Source: an uncultured Bdellovibrionales bacterium
Lineage (GTDB): Bacteria > Bdellovibrionota > Bdellovibrionia > Bdellovibrionales > UBA1609
Assembly (NCBI GenBank): GCA_903833275.1
Contig: CAILEP010000006.1
Coordinates: forward strand, 111,027-175,026
Length of the DNA stretch: 64,000 nt
Direction of reading: 5' to 3'
Every line of letters begins with the position of its first letter. Position 1 is the stretch's first letter. Shown piece after piece: positions 7,954-18,251 of the stretch. The notes under the pieces were generated by a model that saw nothing but the letters and a program-made list of their open reading frames with translations, was not told where the DNA came from and did no database searches. Both the position numbers and the translations under genes were made by a program.

Positions 7954-9159
7954 TTACGGAAATTTTATTTTAACTGGTTTGCCGAGAACGCCCGGCACAC
8001 CCTTTTCGTGACCATTGTGTATTAAATTGACCATTCCACCATCGGCAATTTGCAACTCGATTTGCGATTTCGCTTTTATCGTGTGAATGCTCTCGGGGGT
8101 TAGCTTCAATATTTTCGCGGGCTCGCCATCCACCTGCACTGTGACCTCGACAGAATCGAGCGCTTCGATAATAACTTCTTGCGGTTTACCGGCATCAAGA
8201 GGTTTTGCAATGTCAGGTTTTTGAGCGCTTTCAGTTTTTGATGGTGCCGGCGCCTTTGCCACGGCTGAAGGGGGCGCTGCTTTCACTTCAGGCTTTATTT
8301 CGGGCTTCGGCAGCGCCTTCAACTCGGGCTTTGGTAGCGCTTTCAACTCGGGCTTTGGCTGGGGTTTCGCCTCAGGTGCAACGGGTGCCTTGGGTTCGAC
8401 TTTAATTGGTGGTACATCAGCCACGATTGCGGTCACCGGGGCCGGATTTTCTTCAGGGCCATCGGTTTCAGTTTCATCAGCGATAGCAGCCGCGCCCGTA
8501 ACAGCGGGGGTCGGCAGTGCGCTCGCAGGGGCCACTCCGGTCAAAATGAGTGAAGAAGTATCGCCTGGAGTAGGCACGGGCCCGGTCGTCGCAGCCGAAT
8601 CAGTTGGGTTTACAATCGGGGCCACATTGGCAATAGGTGTATCAACAACGCGCTCATGCGCGTATTTATCCACAACTTTTTTAATACCAATAATCAAAAT
8701 AACCATAACAAGCATGGCGCCGATCAAAAGGGCTCGCGAAGGCGAGCGGGCCTCGCTAAACGGTGACGCCGCTTTTTTTTGTGCGCTGGCTGAGGCCAAG
8801 GTTTTTGCCACGGGTGGTGTGGCGACCCCTGTTTCTGTTTTCTGGCTGGATGTCGAATCGGGCGGGCTGTCTTTTTCAAAAGTCGCGCCGCTGCCAACGG
8901 TGGTTTTTGTGTTGTCGACGACGCCGTCAAAAGATTCTAGTAACGGCTTGGGGTCAATTTTCAAATATTGGGCGTACGTACGAACGAAACCGCGTGCGAA
9001 AGACTTTGCCGGCAAGAGCTCGCGCTGACCATCTTCTATGGCTTTTAAAATTCGCGGATTAATTTTAGTGGCGAGGGCGACATCATTTATTGAAAGCCCA
9101 AGTTTTTCGCGAGTCGTGCGCAAAGTAAGGCCAGTTGAATTATCGATCGTCTCGCTCAT
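7954..9159 (-). CDS. rodZ: cytoskeleton protein RodZ-like (HTH + TM + Pro/Ala/Lys-rich linker + C-terminal beta domain)
   Basis: N-terminal XRE-type HTH (LRTTREKLGLSINDVALATKINPRILKAIEDG), a single TM helix and a DUF4115-like C-terminus. Synteny with the PilW-like TPR gene and ndk. Confidence 0.75.
   Translation of the reverse strand: MSETIDNSTGLTLRTTREKLGLSINDVALATKINPRILKAIEDGQRELLPAKSFARGFVRTYAQYLKIDPKPLLESFDGVVDNTKTTVGSGATFEKDSPPDSTSSQKTETGVATPPVAKTLASASAQKKAASPFSEARSPSRALLIGAMLVMVILIIGIKKVVDKYAHERVVDTPIANVAPIVNPTDSAATTGPVPTPGDTSSLILTGVAPASALPTPAVTGAAAIADETETDGPEENPAPVTAIVADVPPIKVEPKAPVAPEAKPQPKPELKALPKPELKALPKPEIKPEVKAAPPSAVAKAPAPSKTESAQKPDIAKPLDAGKPQEVIIEALDSVEVTVQVDGEPAKILKLTPESIHTIKAKSQIELQIADGGMVNLIHNGHEKGVPGVLGKPVKIKFP
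8312..8359. repeat. two tandem 24-bp units inside rodZ encoding PKPELKAL
   Basis: 8312-8335 agcgccttcaactcgggctttggt and 8336-8359 agcgctttcaactcgggctttggc differ at 2 positions. Degenerate copies flank them. Confidence 0.85.
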
Positions 9160-9971
9160 TTCATTAGCTCCAGCATTTCTTTTGCCTTCGTAGCGTAGGA
9201 CCCATGCGGGTAAAGCTGCAGCACTTCTTCAAAGCGAGTGCGCGCAAGCTCGACACTCCCTAGTTTATAAAAACTCATGGCACTATAGAAGTGGGGCTCT
9301 TCGAATTTGGACTTTTCGCAGAGACGAATGGCTTGGTCGAGACTCTCTGCCGCCGTTTTAAATTCTTTTAGTTCAAAGAGGGTGCGGCCATAGTAGTTCA
9401 TCGTATAGCAGCTGCCGGGGCGCGACTTGAGACTATTCAGAAAGGCCACTTTTGCGCGCGGATATTGGGTCGAAAAGAAATAGGCTTGGCCTAAATTCGA
9501 CCAAGATTTTTCGGGCTGATCATAGGTCAGGTCTTTGGCCGCAACCTCAAGTTCTTTCACCGCGCGGGGGAACATCCCAACGTCGAGGTAAAGGCGGCCT
9601 AAGTTATTTCGGGCATCGGTGTAGTCAGGCTTTAATTCGAGAGAGCGCTTAAAATGGTTTTCGGCGACGTCATATTTTTCGCGCACAAGATAAGCGATGC
9701 CGAGATTGTTTTGCGTTATCGGGTTTGTCGGGTCGAGTCGCTCTGAATCAAGAAGCGCTCTAAGTGCCGATGGGTAGTTGCCTTGCTGTAAATGCGATGT
9801 GCCTAATTGTAGATAAAGTTGGGCTTTCTCTTGGTCGCGAGGTTTTGGAGTGCTCGAGCAATCAACGAGGGTCAGGCTGAAAAGGGTGGCGATAAGTGCA
9901 AAGGCCGAAGACTTCACGGCTAGGTCGATATTGGGGGTAGAGCTAGATCTAAATAATTGGTTAAAGAGCAT
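9156..9971 (-). CDS. TPR-repeat protein, PilW/PilF-like
   Basis: 271 aa. Signal and Cys-containing N-terminus (LTLVDCSS), multiple TPR units, and a position between an rRNA methyltransferase gene and rodZ, as pilW is in proteobacteria. Confidence 0.55.
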   Translation of the reverse strand: MLFNQLFRSSSTPNIDLAVKSSAFALIATLFSLTLVDCSSTPKPRDQEKAQLYLQLGTSHLQQGNYPSALRALLDSERLDPTNPITQNNLGIAYLVREKYDVAENHFKRSLELKPDYTDARNNLGRLYLDVGMFPRAVKELEVAAKDLTYDQPEKSWSNLGQAYFFSTQYPRAKVAFLNSLKSRPGSCYTMNYYGRTLFELKEFKTAAESLDQAIRLCEKSKFEEPHFYSAMSFYKLGSVELARTRFEEVLQLYPHGSYATKAKEMLELMK

Positions 9972-10010
9972 GTCGAGACGATAGCAAAGATTCAGAGGCG
10001 GCGCAAAAAA

Positions 10011-11129
10011 TTAGCGGCTTGCGCGAGGCACCAACGAGACAACGGCTTCGATGTACTCGGTTTGCGGAAACATATCGAGCCCAACCAACGCGGCGACCTT
10101 GTAATCGGCCGTCAGCGCCGTGAGGTCTCGAGCTAGGGTCGAAAGATTGCAAGAAACGTAGATAATGTGATCGGGCCGCAAACGCAAAAGGTCAGCGCAA
10201 ACCTGACTGCCAAGTCCCGCGCGAGGGGGGTCGGCAACGATGAGAGTTTCTGGGTCCAAGATTCTCGTCTTTGCTAGAAAGGCTTGAACATCCTGGGCGC
10301 GAAACTGCACGCCGAGGCCATATTGGTTTTTTGCCTTGGCCCGGGCAACGGCGGCTGAAGAAAACTCGACCCCGGTGAAACGCTCGACCGGTAACTCCGC
10401 CAATAGTGCAAAAGACAAATTGCCGTCGCCGCAGTAGAGATCGTAAATCGACTTCGGCGGGGTGGTTGAGCGAGCCCAATCGACAACGGTTCTCTTTAAA
10501 ATTTCATTTTGTTCAGTATTCACCTGGCTGAAAACGCTTTCTTCTTCGCTCAAATTTCGAAGAACCCGTCGGCCCGCGTTGTCGAGAGCGATCTCCACTT
10601 TTCGGCCACTCTTAAATTCGGGAGCGCGCCAGTTGAGGCCCTTAAAAAGGCGCTCATCGGCGATAAGGCAATCGTTGATTTCAACTAGATCATTGGTGCC
10701 GGCAGCGAAAAAGCCAATCTTTTCACCTGAAACGTGTAGCTGCACGCGATTTCTGTAGCGAAATTCATTGGGCGACGAAATTATTTTGGGGTTTGCCATC
10801 TCGGGCGGCAAGACTTTTTTAAGCGCAAATGCGAGCTGATTCTGCTTCTGTGTGATCTGCTCTGGGTAAGAAATATGCTGCCAAACGCAGCCGCCGCAAC
10901 TGTCGTAAACTGGGCAAGGGGCTTTTCGCCGACTGGGGCCGGCCCTTACCAGTCGCCGTAATTTAGCGACCCCGAAATTTTTTTTAAGCTCAACGATATC
11001 GGCTTCGACAAGTTCGTCTGGGCTGGTGCCTGCGACGAAAAAAACAAAGTCATTGAGGCGGCCGACTCCGCGGCCACCGTCATAAGAAAGTCGGTCAATT
11101 TGAATTTCAATTCGATCGCCGACTTTCAT
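10011..11129 (-). CDS. TRAM-domain, Fe-S-binding RNA (uracil-5)-methyltransferase, RlmD/RumA family
   Basis: N-terminal TRAM-like barrel. Cys cluster CPVYDSCGGC plus a distal Cys. SAM-methyltransferase motifs DLYCGDG, DPPRAG and YVSCN. Confidence 0.75.
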   Translation of the reverse strand: MKVGDRIEIQIDRLSYDGGRGVGRLNDFVFFVAGTSPDELVEADIVELKKNFGVAKLRRLVRAGPSRRKAPCPVYDSCGGCVWQHISYPEQITQKQNQLAFALKKVLPPEMANPKIISSPNEFRYRNRVQLHVSGEKIGFFAAGTNDLVEINDCLIADERLFKGLNWRAPEFKSGRKVEIALDNAGRRVLRNLSEEESVFSQVNTEQNEILKRTVVDWARSTTPPKSIYDLYCGDGNLSFALLAELPVERFTGVEFSSAAVARAKAKNQYGLGVQFRAQDVQAFLAKTRILDPETLIVADPPRAGLGSQVCADLLRLRPDHIIYVSCNLSTLARDLTALTADYKVAALVGLDMFPQTEYIEAVVSLVPRASR

Positions 11130-11142
11130 TTGCGAATGAGGC

Positions 11143-11568
11143 TTAGCGGTTTACGAACTCTTCTTTTTTAAAGAAGAGGGCAAGTTCGCGAGCAGCACTG
11201 GCGGCGCTATCGCTGCCGTGTACCGAGTTTTCGCCAACATTGTCTCCGAAAAGAGCGCGAATTGTGCCTGGGGCCGCTTTTTTGGGGTCCGTTGCGCCCA
11301 TAATTTCACGGTTGCGAGTTACGGCGTTCTCACCAGTGAGGGCCATCAATAAGACGGGGCCTGATGTCATAAACGTTACAAGTTCGCCAAAAAATGGACG
11401 AGCTTTATGTTCGGCGTAGAATTCTTCACAGAGGGTTTTGCTCAACACAACCAACTTTGCAGCTGATACTTTTAAGCCGTTCTCTTCAAATTTGTGAATG
11501 ATGCCGCCGATAACGTTCTTTTTAACGGCGTTGGGCTTAATAATGCTAAATGTGGTTTCGGTGGCCAT
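11143..11568 (-). CDS. ndk: nucleoside-diphosphate kinase
   Basis: Start at [15 protein letters not shown] (ATG 11568-11566) with AGGAG upstream. NDK motifs are present, including NSVHGSD. Confidence 0.9.
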   Translation of the reverse strand: MATETTFSIIKPNAVKKNVIGGIIHKFEENGLKVSAAKLVVLSKTLCEEFYAEHKARPFFGELVTFMTSGPVLLMALTGENAVTRNREIMGATDPKKAAPGTIRALFGDNVGENSVHGSDSAASAARELALFFKKEEFVNR

Positions 11569-11753
11569 AGTGACTCCTGCAATTAAAGTAAGTTTTGTTA
11601 GTTCAAGGGGTATAGCAAATGACAAGGCCGAGGTCACGATTTTGAATTTGAGGGCTTTATAATAAATACATAGCGAGTTGGGGGCGTTGACGGCGGCTTC
11701 AAAAATCGCGATTTATGGACGTATTCATAACACTTTTTTTAAGGAGTCTGCGA

Positions 11754-12602
11754 ATGCAGCTTTCAAACGTAAAACAAATGATGAAGTCGAAGAAAATCGC
11801 AATCGTGGCAGCTCTCTTGCTTGGCACGGCCGGCATGGCGGGTTTGTCGAAGGTTTCTGAGCTTAACGCAGCCATTGCGAAGCTTGTGGCACAATACAAT
11901 TACAAGGGCAGCAAGGTGTCTTTGGTTGTTAGTAAAGCTGAAGTCAATGCAGAGCGAGCTGTCGCTTTGCAGGGCAAGATTGTCGTAAAGAAAGTCGGTC
12001 AAAGTGCAGCCGGCGCTCTAAAGGGCGACGTAAGCTATAGCTACCCAGTGCGCGCCGATGCTATTCCGGTTCTTAGTTTTTCTGCAGAGCTCGATGCTCG
12101 ACATGGTAACATGACGAAGATTCTTAACAATCTTGGCGTCAGCGAAGATGAAGTTCGACGTCTGTTTGTTGAGACTGAGAAATCAGTACATGAATCGGCA
12201 AACGAAATTTTAAAAACCTACGGTGATGCGGCAACAGTTGTCGTAAAAGTGAAGCACTCAACGAAAGACAAAGCCGGCAACTATCGCGATTTGGCATTGC
12301 AGTTGGATGTAAAATTGGACCTTACCAAATTGCCCGCGAACATAAAGCCCGAAGCTGTTTTGTTGCTTGCGGCAAAAATGGATGTCGATCTTGATCTAGA
12401 TCGCGGGTTCTCGGTAAAAGGCAAAGTGCTAATGAATAAGAACTACACAAGCTTTCGCTCGGATGAAGTTGGTTTGAAAGAGTATGTTGAAGCTCTCTTG
12501 AAGCAAGATCCTGCGGCAATGGCAGAGCTTTCTGGCATCGCGATGCTCGGCAACATGCTCATGGACCAAGCGGTAGGCAATCACCCCTTGGGTTCGAACT
12601 AA
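11754..12602 (+). CDS. secreted hypothetical protein
   Basis: ATG 11754 preceded by AAGGAG. Signal peptide KKIAIVAALLLGTAGMAG. I recognise no family. Confidence 0.6.
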   Translation: MQLSNVKQMMKSKKIAIVAALLLGTAGMAGLSKVSELNAAIAKLVAQYNYKGSKVSLVVSKAEVNAERAVALQGKIVVKKVGQSAAGALKGDVSYSYPVRADAIPVLSFSAELDARHGNMTKILNNLGVSEDEVRRLFVETEKSVHESANEILKTYGDAATVVVKVKHSTKDKAGNYRDLALQLDVKLDLTKLPANIKPEAVLLLAAKMDVDLDLDRGFSVKGKVLMNKNYTSFRSDEVGLKEYVEALLKQDPAAMAELSGIAMLGNMLMDQAVGNHPLGSN

Positions 12603-12625
12603 ATAAAAGCGGGATTTGAGTTTTT

Positions 12626-12661
12626 GAAGGCACGGTTTCTCGTGCCTTCGCCCTCGTTTTT
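12626..12661 (+). terminator. rho-independent terminator
   Basis: Perfect 9-bp stem GAAGGCACG/CGTGCCTTC with a 6-nt loop, then gccctcGTTTTT. It lies 24 nt after the stop at 12602. Confidence 0.7.
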
Positions 12662-12756
12662 GGGGCATAAACCACATTAGAAAAATAACGCGTCGTCCAC
12701 CAGAAGTCGAGTGGGACAGCGCCACCGGCGCTGTGGGGCCCACCGACGGCCGGTTA

Positions 12757-13626
12757 TTAACCGAGAGCTTCTTTTAACGTGGTGCCTAGCGTGGCTGGGC
12801 TTTTTGCGATCTTGCATCCGGCTGAAGCGAGAGCTTCGAATTTCGCGGCCGCCGTGCCCTTACCACCACTGATAATTGCTCCGGCGTGGCCCATCCGTTT
12901 GCCGGGCGGCGCTGTTGTGCCGGCGATAAAAGCGGCAACAGGTTTTTTAAACTCGCGCTTGATGTAATCCGCAGCTGCCTCTTCAGCGGTGCCACCGATT
13001 TCGCCAATCATGATCACCGCGTCGGTGTTCTTGTCGCGATTAAAGAGCTCAAGAACATCGATAAAGTTTGTGCCGTTAACGGGGTCGCCACCGATACCGA
13101 CGCACGAAGATTGGCCGAGGCCAAGGTTTGTAAGTTGCCAAACGGCTTCGTAAGTGAGCGTGCCTGAGCGAGACACAACGCCGATACGACCGGGTTTGTG
13201 AATGTGGCCGGGCATAATCCCGATTTTACATTCGCCGGGGGTTATGACTCCGGGGCAATTCGGGCCGATAAGGCGCGACTTTGTACCTTGCATAAATCTC
13301 TTTACCTGAACCATGTCGAGCACCGGTATGCCCTCGGTGATGCAAACGATCAGTTCAACGCCAGCATCAACAGCTTCCATAATCGCGTCGGCCGCGAACG
13401 GGGGTGGAACATAAATGACCGAAGCATTGGCGCCCGTGGCGCGAACACACTCTTCGACGGTGTTGAAGACGGGTAGGTCGAGGTGCTTGGTGCCACCTTT
13501 GCCGGGGGTTACGCCGCCGACCATCTTAGTGCCATATTTCACGGCTTGTTCAGAGTGAAAAGTACCGTTTTGGCCAGTAAAACCCTGACAGAGAACTTTG
13601 GTGTTTTTATCAACTAGAATTGCCAT
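12757..13626 (-). CDS. sucD: succinyl-CoA synthetase alpha subunit
   Basis: 289 aa with canonical SucD sequence ([25 protein letters not shown]). Confidence 0.95.
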   Translation of the reverse strand: MAILVDKNTKVLCQGFTGQNGTFHSEQAVKYGTKMVGGVTPGKGGTKHLDLPVFNTVEECVRATGANASVIYVPPPFAADAIMEAVDAGVELIVCITEGIPVLDMVQVKRFMQGTKSRLIGPNCPGVITPGECKIGIMPGHIHKPGRIGVVSRSGTLTYEAVWQLTNLGLGQSSCVGIGGDPVNGTNFIDVLELFNRDKNTDAVIMIGEIGGTAEEAAADYIKREFKKPVAAFIAGTTAPPGKRMGHAGAIISGGKGTAAAKFEALASAGCKIAKSPATLGTTLKEALG

Positions 13627-13638
13627 TTTATTTATCTC

Positions 13639-14808
13639 TCACTTTCTGCTGCGAACGGCTTTTACGATTTTTTCAGCTGCATCATCTAAGTCATCGGCCG
13701 GGGTAATGTTGAGCCCGCTTTCTTTCAATAGTTTTTTACCCATGTCGACATTCGTGCCTTGTAGGCGCACCACAAGTGGGTGCTTCAGGCCGAGTTCTTT
13801 CGAAGCGGCGATAATACCTTCGGCGATGACGTCACACTTCATAATCCCGCCAAAGATATTAACCAAGATGCCCTTTACATTCGGGTCTTTGAGAATAATT
13901 TTGAAGGCGGCCGTTACGCGCGCTTTGTCTGCGCCGCCGCCGACGTCAAGAAAGTTCGCCGGGGTTTCGCCGTGCAGTTTAATGATATCCATTGTCGCCA
14001 TGGCGAGCCCGGCGCCATTCACCATGCAGCCGATGTGGCCATCAAGCTTGATGTATGAAAGTTCGTGCGATTTCGCTTCGGTTTCAATTGGGTTTTCTTC
14101 TGTAAGGTCGCGGTATTCATTGATGTCGGGGTGGCGAAAAAGCGCGTTGTCGTCGAAGTTCATTTTCGCATCAAGGGCCAAAATATCGCCCTCTTTTGTA
14201 AGCACAAGCGGGTTGATCTCGGCGATGCTGCAATCTGAGGCCACAAACGATTGATAGAGCGAAAGCATAGCTTTAACGGCTTTATTGATTGAGGTCGCGG
14301 GCACGCCAATTTTAAAGGCCAGCTGTCGAGCCTGAAAGGGCTGCATGCCGGCCGCCGGGTCAATGACCACGCGATGGATTTTCTCAGGGGTTTTATTAGC
14401 GACTTCTTCGATATCCATGCCGCCCTCAGAGCTCGCCATCATCGTGACACGGCCATATTCTCGGTCGACGAGAGCGGCGACGTAATATTCTTTCTGGATA
14501 TTGCAGCCTTGTTCGATCAGAACGTGCAAAACTTTTTTGCCTTCAGGGCCAGTTTGATGGGTCACCAAGGTCATTCCGATAATGGCCTTTGCATGAGCGC
14601 GAACTTCATCAATAGATTTGGCAAGCTTTACCCCGCCGCCTTTGCCGCGACCGCCGGCATGAATTTGGGCTTTAACAACCCAAACGGCTCCACCCAATTT
14701 TTCTGCGGCTTTAACCGCTTCTTCTGGAGTTGTGGCAACCTGACCTTTGAGGGTCGGCACGCCAAACTTGCGTAGCACTTCTTTGGCCTGATACTCATGA
14801 ATATTCAC
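13639..14808 (-). CDS. sucC: succinyl-CoA synthetase beta subunit
   Basis: 389 aa. [10 protein letters not shown]... ATP-grasp domain plus ligase-CoA domain. Confidence 0.95.
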   Translation of the reverse strand: MNIHEYQAKEVLRKFGVPTLKGQVATTPEEAVKAAEKLGGAVWVVKAQIHAGGRGKGGGVKLAKSIDEVRAHAKAIIGMTLVTHQTGPEGKKVLHVLIEQGCNIQKEYYVAALVDREYGRVTMMASSEGGMDIEEVANKTPEKIHRVVIDPAAGMQPFQARQLAFKIGVPATSINKAVKAMLSLYQSFVASDCSIAEINPLVLTKEGDILALDAKMNFDDNALFRHPDINEYRDLTEENPIETEAKSHELSYIKLDGHIGCMVNGAGLAMATMDIIKLHGETPANFLDVGGGADKARVTAAFKIILKDPNVKGILVNIFGGIMKCDVIAEGIIAASKELGLKHPLVVRLQGTNVDMGKKLLKESGLNITPADDLDDAAEKIVKAVRSRK

Positions 14809-14849
14809 AGATGCTCCTTCTCGCCCCTGCAGCGTGGGCTGCAGTTAAA

Positions 14850-15794
14850 TTAAAATTCAATCTTCTTAAGTGCGCCGACAAGTTCTTGAACGGCGGCCAC
14901 CGAGTTGTCGAGGCCCTTGCGTTCGACGTCATTTAGTTTCACCTCGATAACTTTCTCCATGCCATTACCGCCAAGTCGGCAGAGAACGCCTAGAAAAAGA
15001 TCTTTTACTCCATATTCACCTTGCAAAAAGGCCGCGCAGGGCAAAATTCTTTGCTGATCTTGTAAGATCGCTTCGGCCATTTGCACGGCGCTAGCGGCAG
15101 GGGCGTAAAACGCCGAGCCGGTTTTTAGCAAGCCAACGATTTCGGCGCCGCCATTTCGGGTGCGAGTCACAATTTTATCAATTGTGTCTTGATCAAGCAT
15201 TTCAGTCAGCGGCACACCGCCAACAGAACAATGGCGCGGCATTGGCACCATGGTGTCGCCGTGGCCACCGAGAACAAAAGCATTGATGTCTTTCACACTA
15301 ACGTTAGTCGCTTCAGAAATAAATGCTTTGAATCTGGCTGTGTCGAGAACGCCGGCCATCCCAATTACGCGTTCACGCGGAAAGCCCAAAACCTGCTTCG
15401 CCACATAGGCCATTGCATCAAGCGGATTGCTGACGACAATCACCACAGCATTTGGAGCATGCTGCTTTAAGCCGTTGCAAACGTCTTTCATAATCTTGGC
15501 GTTAGTCGCAAGAAGATCGTCGCGACTCATGCCGGGTTTGCGCGGGATGCCGGCCGTGATAATAACAACATCTGAGTCAGCCGTGTCTTTGTAGTCGTTT
15601 GTGCCGATAACGCGAGAATCAAAATTTTCGACCGGTGATGCTTCATAAAGGTCGAGAGCCTTGCCCTTTGCAACGCCGTCGTTAACGTCAAGAAGGACCA
15701 CGTCACCCAATGCTTTCGATGCGGCCCAATGTGCGCATGTTGAACCAACGAAGCCTGCCCCGATTACGCTTATTTTTTTTCTTTTGTGACCCAT
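14850..15794 (-). CDS. mdh: malate dehydrogenase (LDH-like type)
   Basis: Start at [18 protein letters not shown] (ATG 15794-15792). Motifs include [13 protein letters not shown]. It sits upstream of sucCD. Confidence 0.9.
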   Translation of the reverse strand: MGHKRKKISVIGAGFVGSTCAHWAASKALGDVVLLDVNDGVAKGKALDLYEASPVENFDSRVIGTNDYKDTADSDVVIITAGIPRKPGMSRDDLLATNAKIMKDVCNGLKQHAPNAVVIVVSNPLDAMAYVAKQVLGFPRERVIGMAGVLDTARFKAFISEATNVSVKDINAFVLGGHGDTMVPMPRHCSVGGVPLTEMLDQDTIDKIVTRTRNGGAEIVGLLKTGSAFYAPAASAVQMAEAILQDQQRILPCAAFLQGEYGVKDLFLGVLCRLGGNGMEKVIEVKLNDVERKGLDNSVAAVQELVGALKKIEF

Positions 15795-15935
15795 GATGCT
15801 GACCTTTCTGTTTAAAACGGTTGCGAAATGAATTTGACGAGAGAGTTTTATTTTAGTGGGCACTAGTTTTGATGGCAACAAAGGTTTGCGGAGGTCTCGA
15901 ATCTTTGCCAAGATGTTTTAATAAGGAATTACGGC

Positions 15936-16739
15936 GTGGCGTCACCTGTGCTTGAACTTAAATCTGTTTCACTATCATTCGGCGAGAACAAAATTCTTAG
16001 CGACGTCAGTCTAGTTATCAATCAAGGCGACGTTCTTGTTCTTATGGGGCCGAGCGGTCACGGTAAATCTTGTTTGCTTAAATTGCTCGCAGGGCTTTTG
16101 GCGCCAACGCGCGGCGAGCTGATTGTCGAGGGGCACAACTTTTTCAGTTTGACCGAGATCGAACGCGATGTGCTGCGGCGAAAAATGGGCATGCTTTTTC
16201 AAAAGAACGCGCTTTTCGATTCGCTGACGTCGGCTGAGAACATCGGCTTCCCGCTCAACGAGACGACGACGCTATCTAATATTGAAATTGAAAAAAGGAT
16301 TTCGCGTTTTCTTACGGCCGTTGGTCTAGCTGAAGCCCGCGATCGCTACCCCGATGAAATTAGTGGCGGCATGCAAAAGCGTCTTGGCATCGCGAGGGCC
16401 CTGGCGCTCGACCCTCAAATTATTTTTTATGATGACCCCACGGCAGGGCTTGACCCGATTACGAGCCGCAAAATTATGGAACTCATTATCAGTCTAGCGC
16501 GTGAGCAGGGCACAACGGTGGTGGCGGTCACCAATGATATGAATCGTGCCTATCAGCTTGGCCATAAGCTTGCGATGGTGGTGGACGGAGAATTGATCGT
16601 TACAGGTACTCCAGAAGAGACCAAACAGCACAAAGACCCACGGGTTCACCAATTTATTCGCGGCGATCTCAAGGGGCCCCTTACCGCTATGCTCGAATCG
16701 GCCGACCAAAATCACGACTCAGGCGCCCGGCATGATTGA
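15936..16739 (+). CDS. MlaF-like ABC ATPase 1 (Walker B Glu and H-loop His substituted)
   Basis: Walker A GPSGHGKS, signature ISGGM, Walker B IIFYDD (D167), H-loop VTND (N200). GTG start. Confidence 0.8.
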   Translation: MASPVLELKSVSLSFGENKILSDVSLVINQGDVLVLMGPSGHGKSCLLKLLAGLLAPTRGELIVEGHNFFSLTEIERDVLRRKMGMLFQKNALFDSLTSAENIGFPLNETTTLSNIEIEKRISRFLTAVGLAEARDRYPDEISGGMQKRLGIARALALDPQIIFYDDPTAGLDPITSRKIMELIISLAREQGTTVVAVTNDMNRAYQLGHKLAMVVDGELIVTGTPEETKQHKDPRVHQFIRGDLKGPLTAMLESADQNHDSGARHD

Positions 16740-17487
16740 GTTTAAGAATTTACGCAAAAGTTTTGGCACCCGCGAAGTCATTAAGGGCCTCAATTTGACG
16801 GTCAATGAAGGTGAGATTCTTTTTTTACTTGGTACTTCAGGCACCGGAAAGTCGGTAACGCTGAAACTTCTCGTGGGGTTGCTTGAATCGACTAGCGGCG
16901 AAATTTGGGTGGATGGCGAGGATGTAACCAAATTTAGCGAGGATGAGTTTCTGCGAATTCGCCGCAAATGCGGCATGGTGTTTCAACATCCCGCACTTTT
17001 TGATTCTCTCACCGTTTTTGAAAATGTCGCTTTCGGTTTGCGCAAGCTTTTCAAGCTCGATGAGAAAGAAATCACTCAACGGGTGCGCCGCTGTCTAGAG
17101 ATGGTGCATGTAAGTGGCGTTGAGCAGAAAACCCCTCCGCAAATTTCATACGGGATGCAGAAACGCGTGAGCCTCGCGCGCACTGTAGCGACCGAACCGC
17201 GAATTCTTCTGTTCGATGAGCCGACAACAGGCCTTGACCCGGTGACGACAAATGCCGTCAATCAATTGATCAAAGAATTGTCGCGACGACTTAAGACGAC
17301 CTCGATTGTGGTTAGTCATGACATGCAATGCGCCATCGAAATTGCCGATAGGATTGTCGTTTTGGATCAAGGCGCGATTGTCGATATTGGCACTCCGGCT
17401 GAAATTATGAAATCGAAGCACCCCTTGGTGAAAGATTTTATGGCCGAGGTGAATCAGGCTGCCGAAGCGCGAAGCGGGGGCCTATGA
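16732..17487 (+). CDS. MlaF-like ABC ATPase 2 (consensus catalytic motifs, altered signature)
   Basis: Walker A GTSGTGKS, signature ISYGM (Y140), Walker B LLFDEP, H-loop VSHD. 8-nt overlap with ATPase 1. Confidence 0.85.
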   Translation: MIEFKNLRKSFGTREVIKGLNLTVNEGEILFLLGTSGTGKSVTLKLLVGLLESTSGEIWVDGEDVTKFSEDEFLRIRRKCGMVFQHPALFDSLTVFENVAFGLRKLFKLDEKEITQRVRRCLEMVHVSGVEQKTPPQISYGMQKRVSLARTVATEPRILLFDEPTTGLDPVTTNAVNQLIKELSRRLKTTSIVVSHDMQCAIEIADRIVVLDQGAIVDIGTPAEIMKSKHPLVKDFMAEVNQAAEARSGGL

Positions 17488-18251
17488 TTGGGGCCATTTT
17501 CAGCGAGGTTGGTCTGACCGTTCTCTTTTTAAGAGATATCGTGCGAACGGCTGTGCGTAACCCCATAAATGGCCACTTGATAGCCGAGCAAATTGTGAAG
17601 GTCACCCAGCAAAGTTTTGCGACGACAGCCCTCGCCGGTTTTTTTGTCGGCGCTATTTTAACGGTTCAATTCACCCTCCAGGTGAAGCAATTCGGCGCTC
17701 TTGGTTACCTCGGCGGTCTCGCCACCAGCGGTACAATTCGTGAAGTGGGCCCCCTGCTTATTGCTTTCATGTTGAGCGGCAAAGTGGGTGCGTTTACTTC
17801 AGCCGAACTGGGTACGATGCGAGTGACTGAGCAAATCGACGCCATCCGCTGTCTTGGGGCCAACCCGCTGCTTGAAATTATTCTGCCGCGTTTTATCGGC
17901 ATCGTGATCTCAAGTTTCTTCTTACTAGCGATCGGTCTCTTTATGTCAATTTTTGGCGGCTTGCTAATGGGGGTTCTTTTTTCGGGCATTAACCCTGACG
18001 AATACCTTCGACACATCCCAACTATAGTCTCGTTAGTTTCGATCGCGAGCGGCCTGATTAAATGTTTTGTCTTCGCTTTGGTGCTCGCAACGATTTGTAC
18101 TTACAAAGGTTATGCAACGACGGGCGGGGCGAAGGGCGTCGGCCGCGCGGTTGTAAGCACGGCGGTGGCGACGATGGTTTGTATTGTGATTGCTGATTGG
18201 TTTACCAGCTTTATCGGCGATGTCGTTATGTTTTTGTTTATCGGAGATTGA
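17484..18251 (+). CDS. MlaE-family ABC permease 1
   Basis: 255-aa polytopic protein with motif MRVTEQIDAIRCLGANP, typical of MlaE/YrbE. 4-nt overlap with the upstream gene. Confidence 0.8.
   Translation: MIGAIFSEVGLTVLFLRDIVRTAVRNPINGHLIAEQIVKVTQQSFATTALAGFFVGAILTVQFTLQVKQFGALGYLGGLATSGTIREVGPLLIAFMLSGKVGAFTSAELGTMRVTEQIDAIRCLGANPLLEIILPRFIGIVISSFFLLAIGLFMSIFGGLLMGVLFSGINPDEYLRHIPTIVSLVSIASGLIKCFVFALVLATICTYKGYATTGGAKGVGRAVVSTAVATMVCIVIADWFTSFIGDVVMFLFIGD

Noticed and set aside
8390-9028. 212-aa plus-strand ORF (and 8763..9062) antisense to rodZ
   Set aside because: It is generated by the Pro/Ala-rich repetitive linker of rodZ. It has no start context or motifs.
12716-12734. 8-bp GC hairpin ACAGCGCC-acc-GGCGCTGT downstream of sucD as a terminator
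   Set aside because: On the minus strand it is not followed by a T tract and has only a 3-nt loop. It may contribute to 3' end formation, but I cannot support a terminator call.
13598-14254. 218-aa plus-strand ORF antisense to sucC/sucD
   Set aside because: It is a shadow of highly conserved sucC. The sequence is Ser-rich, low-complexity and non-protein-like.
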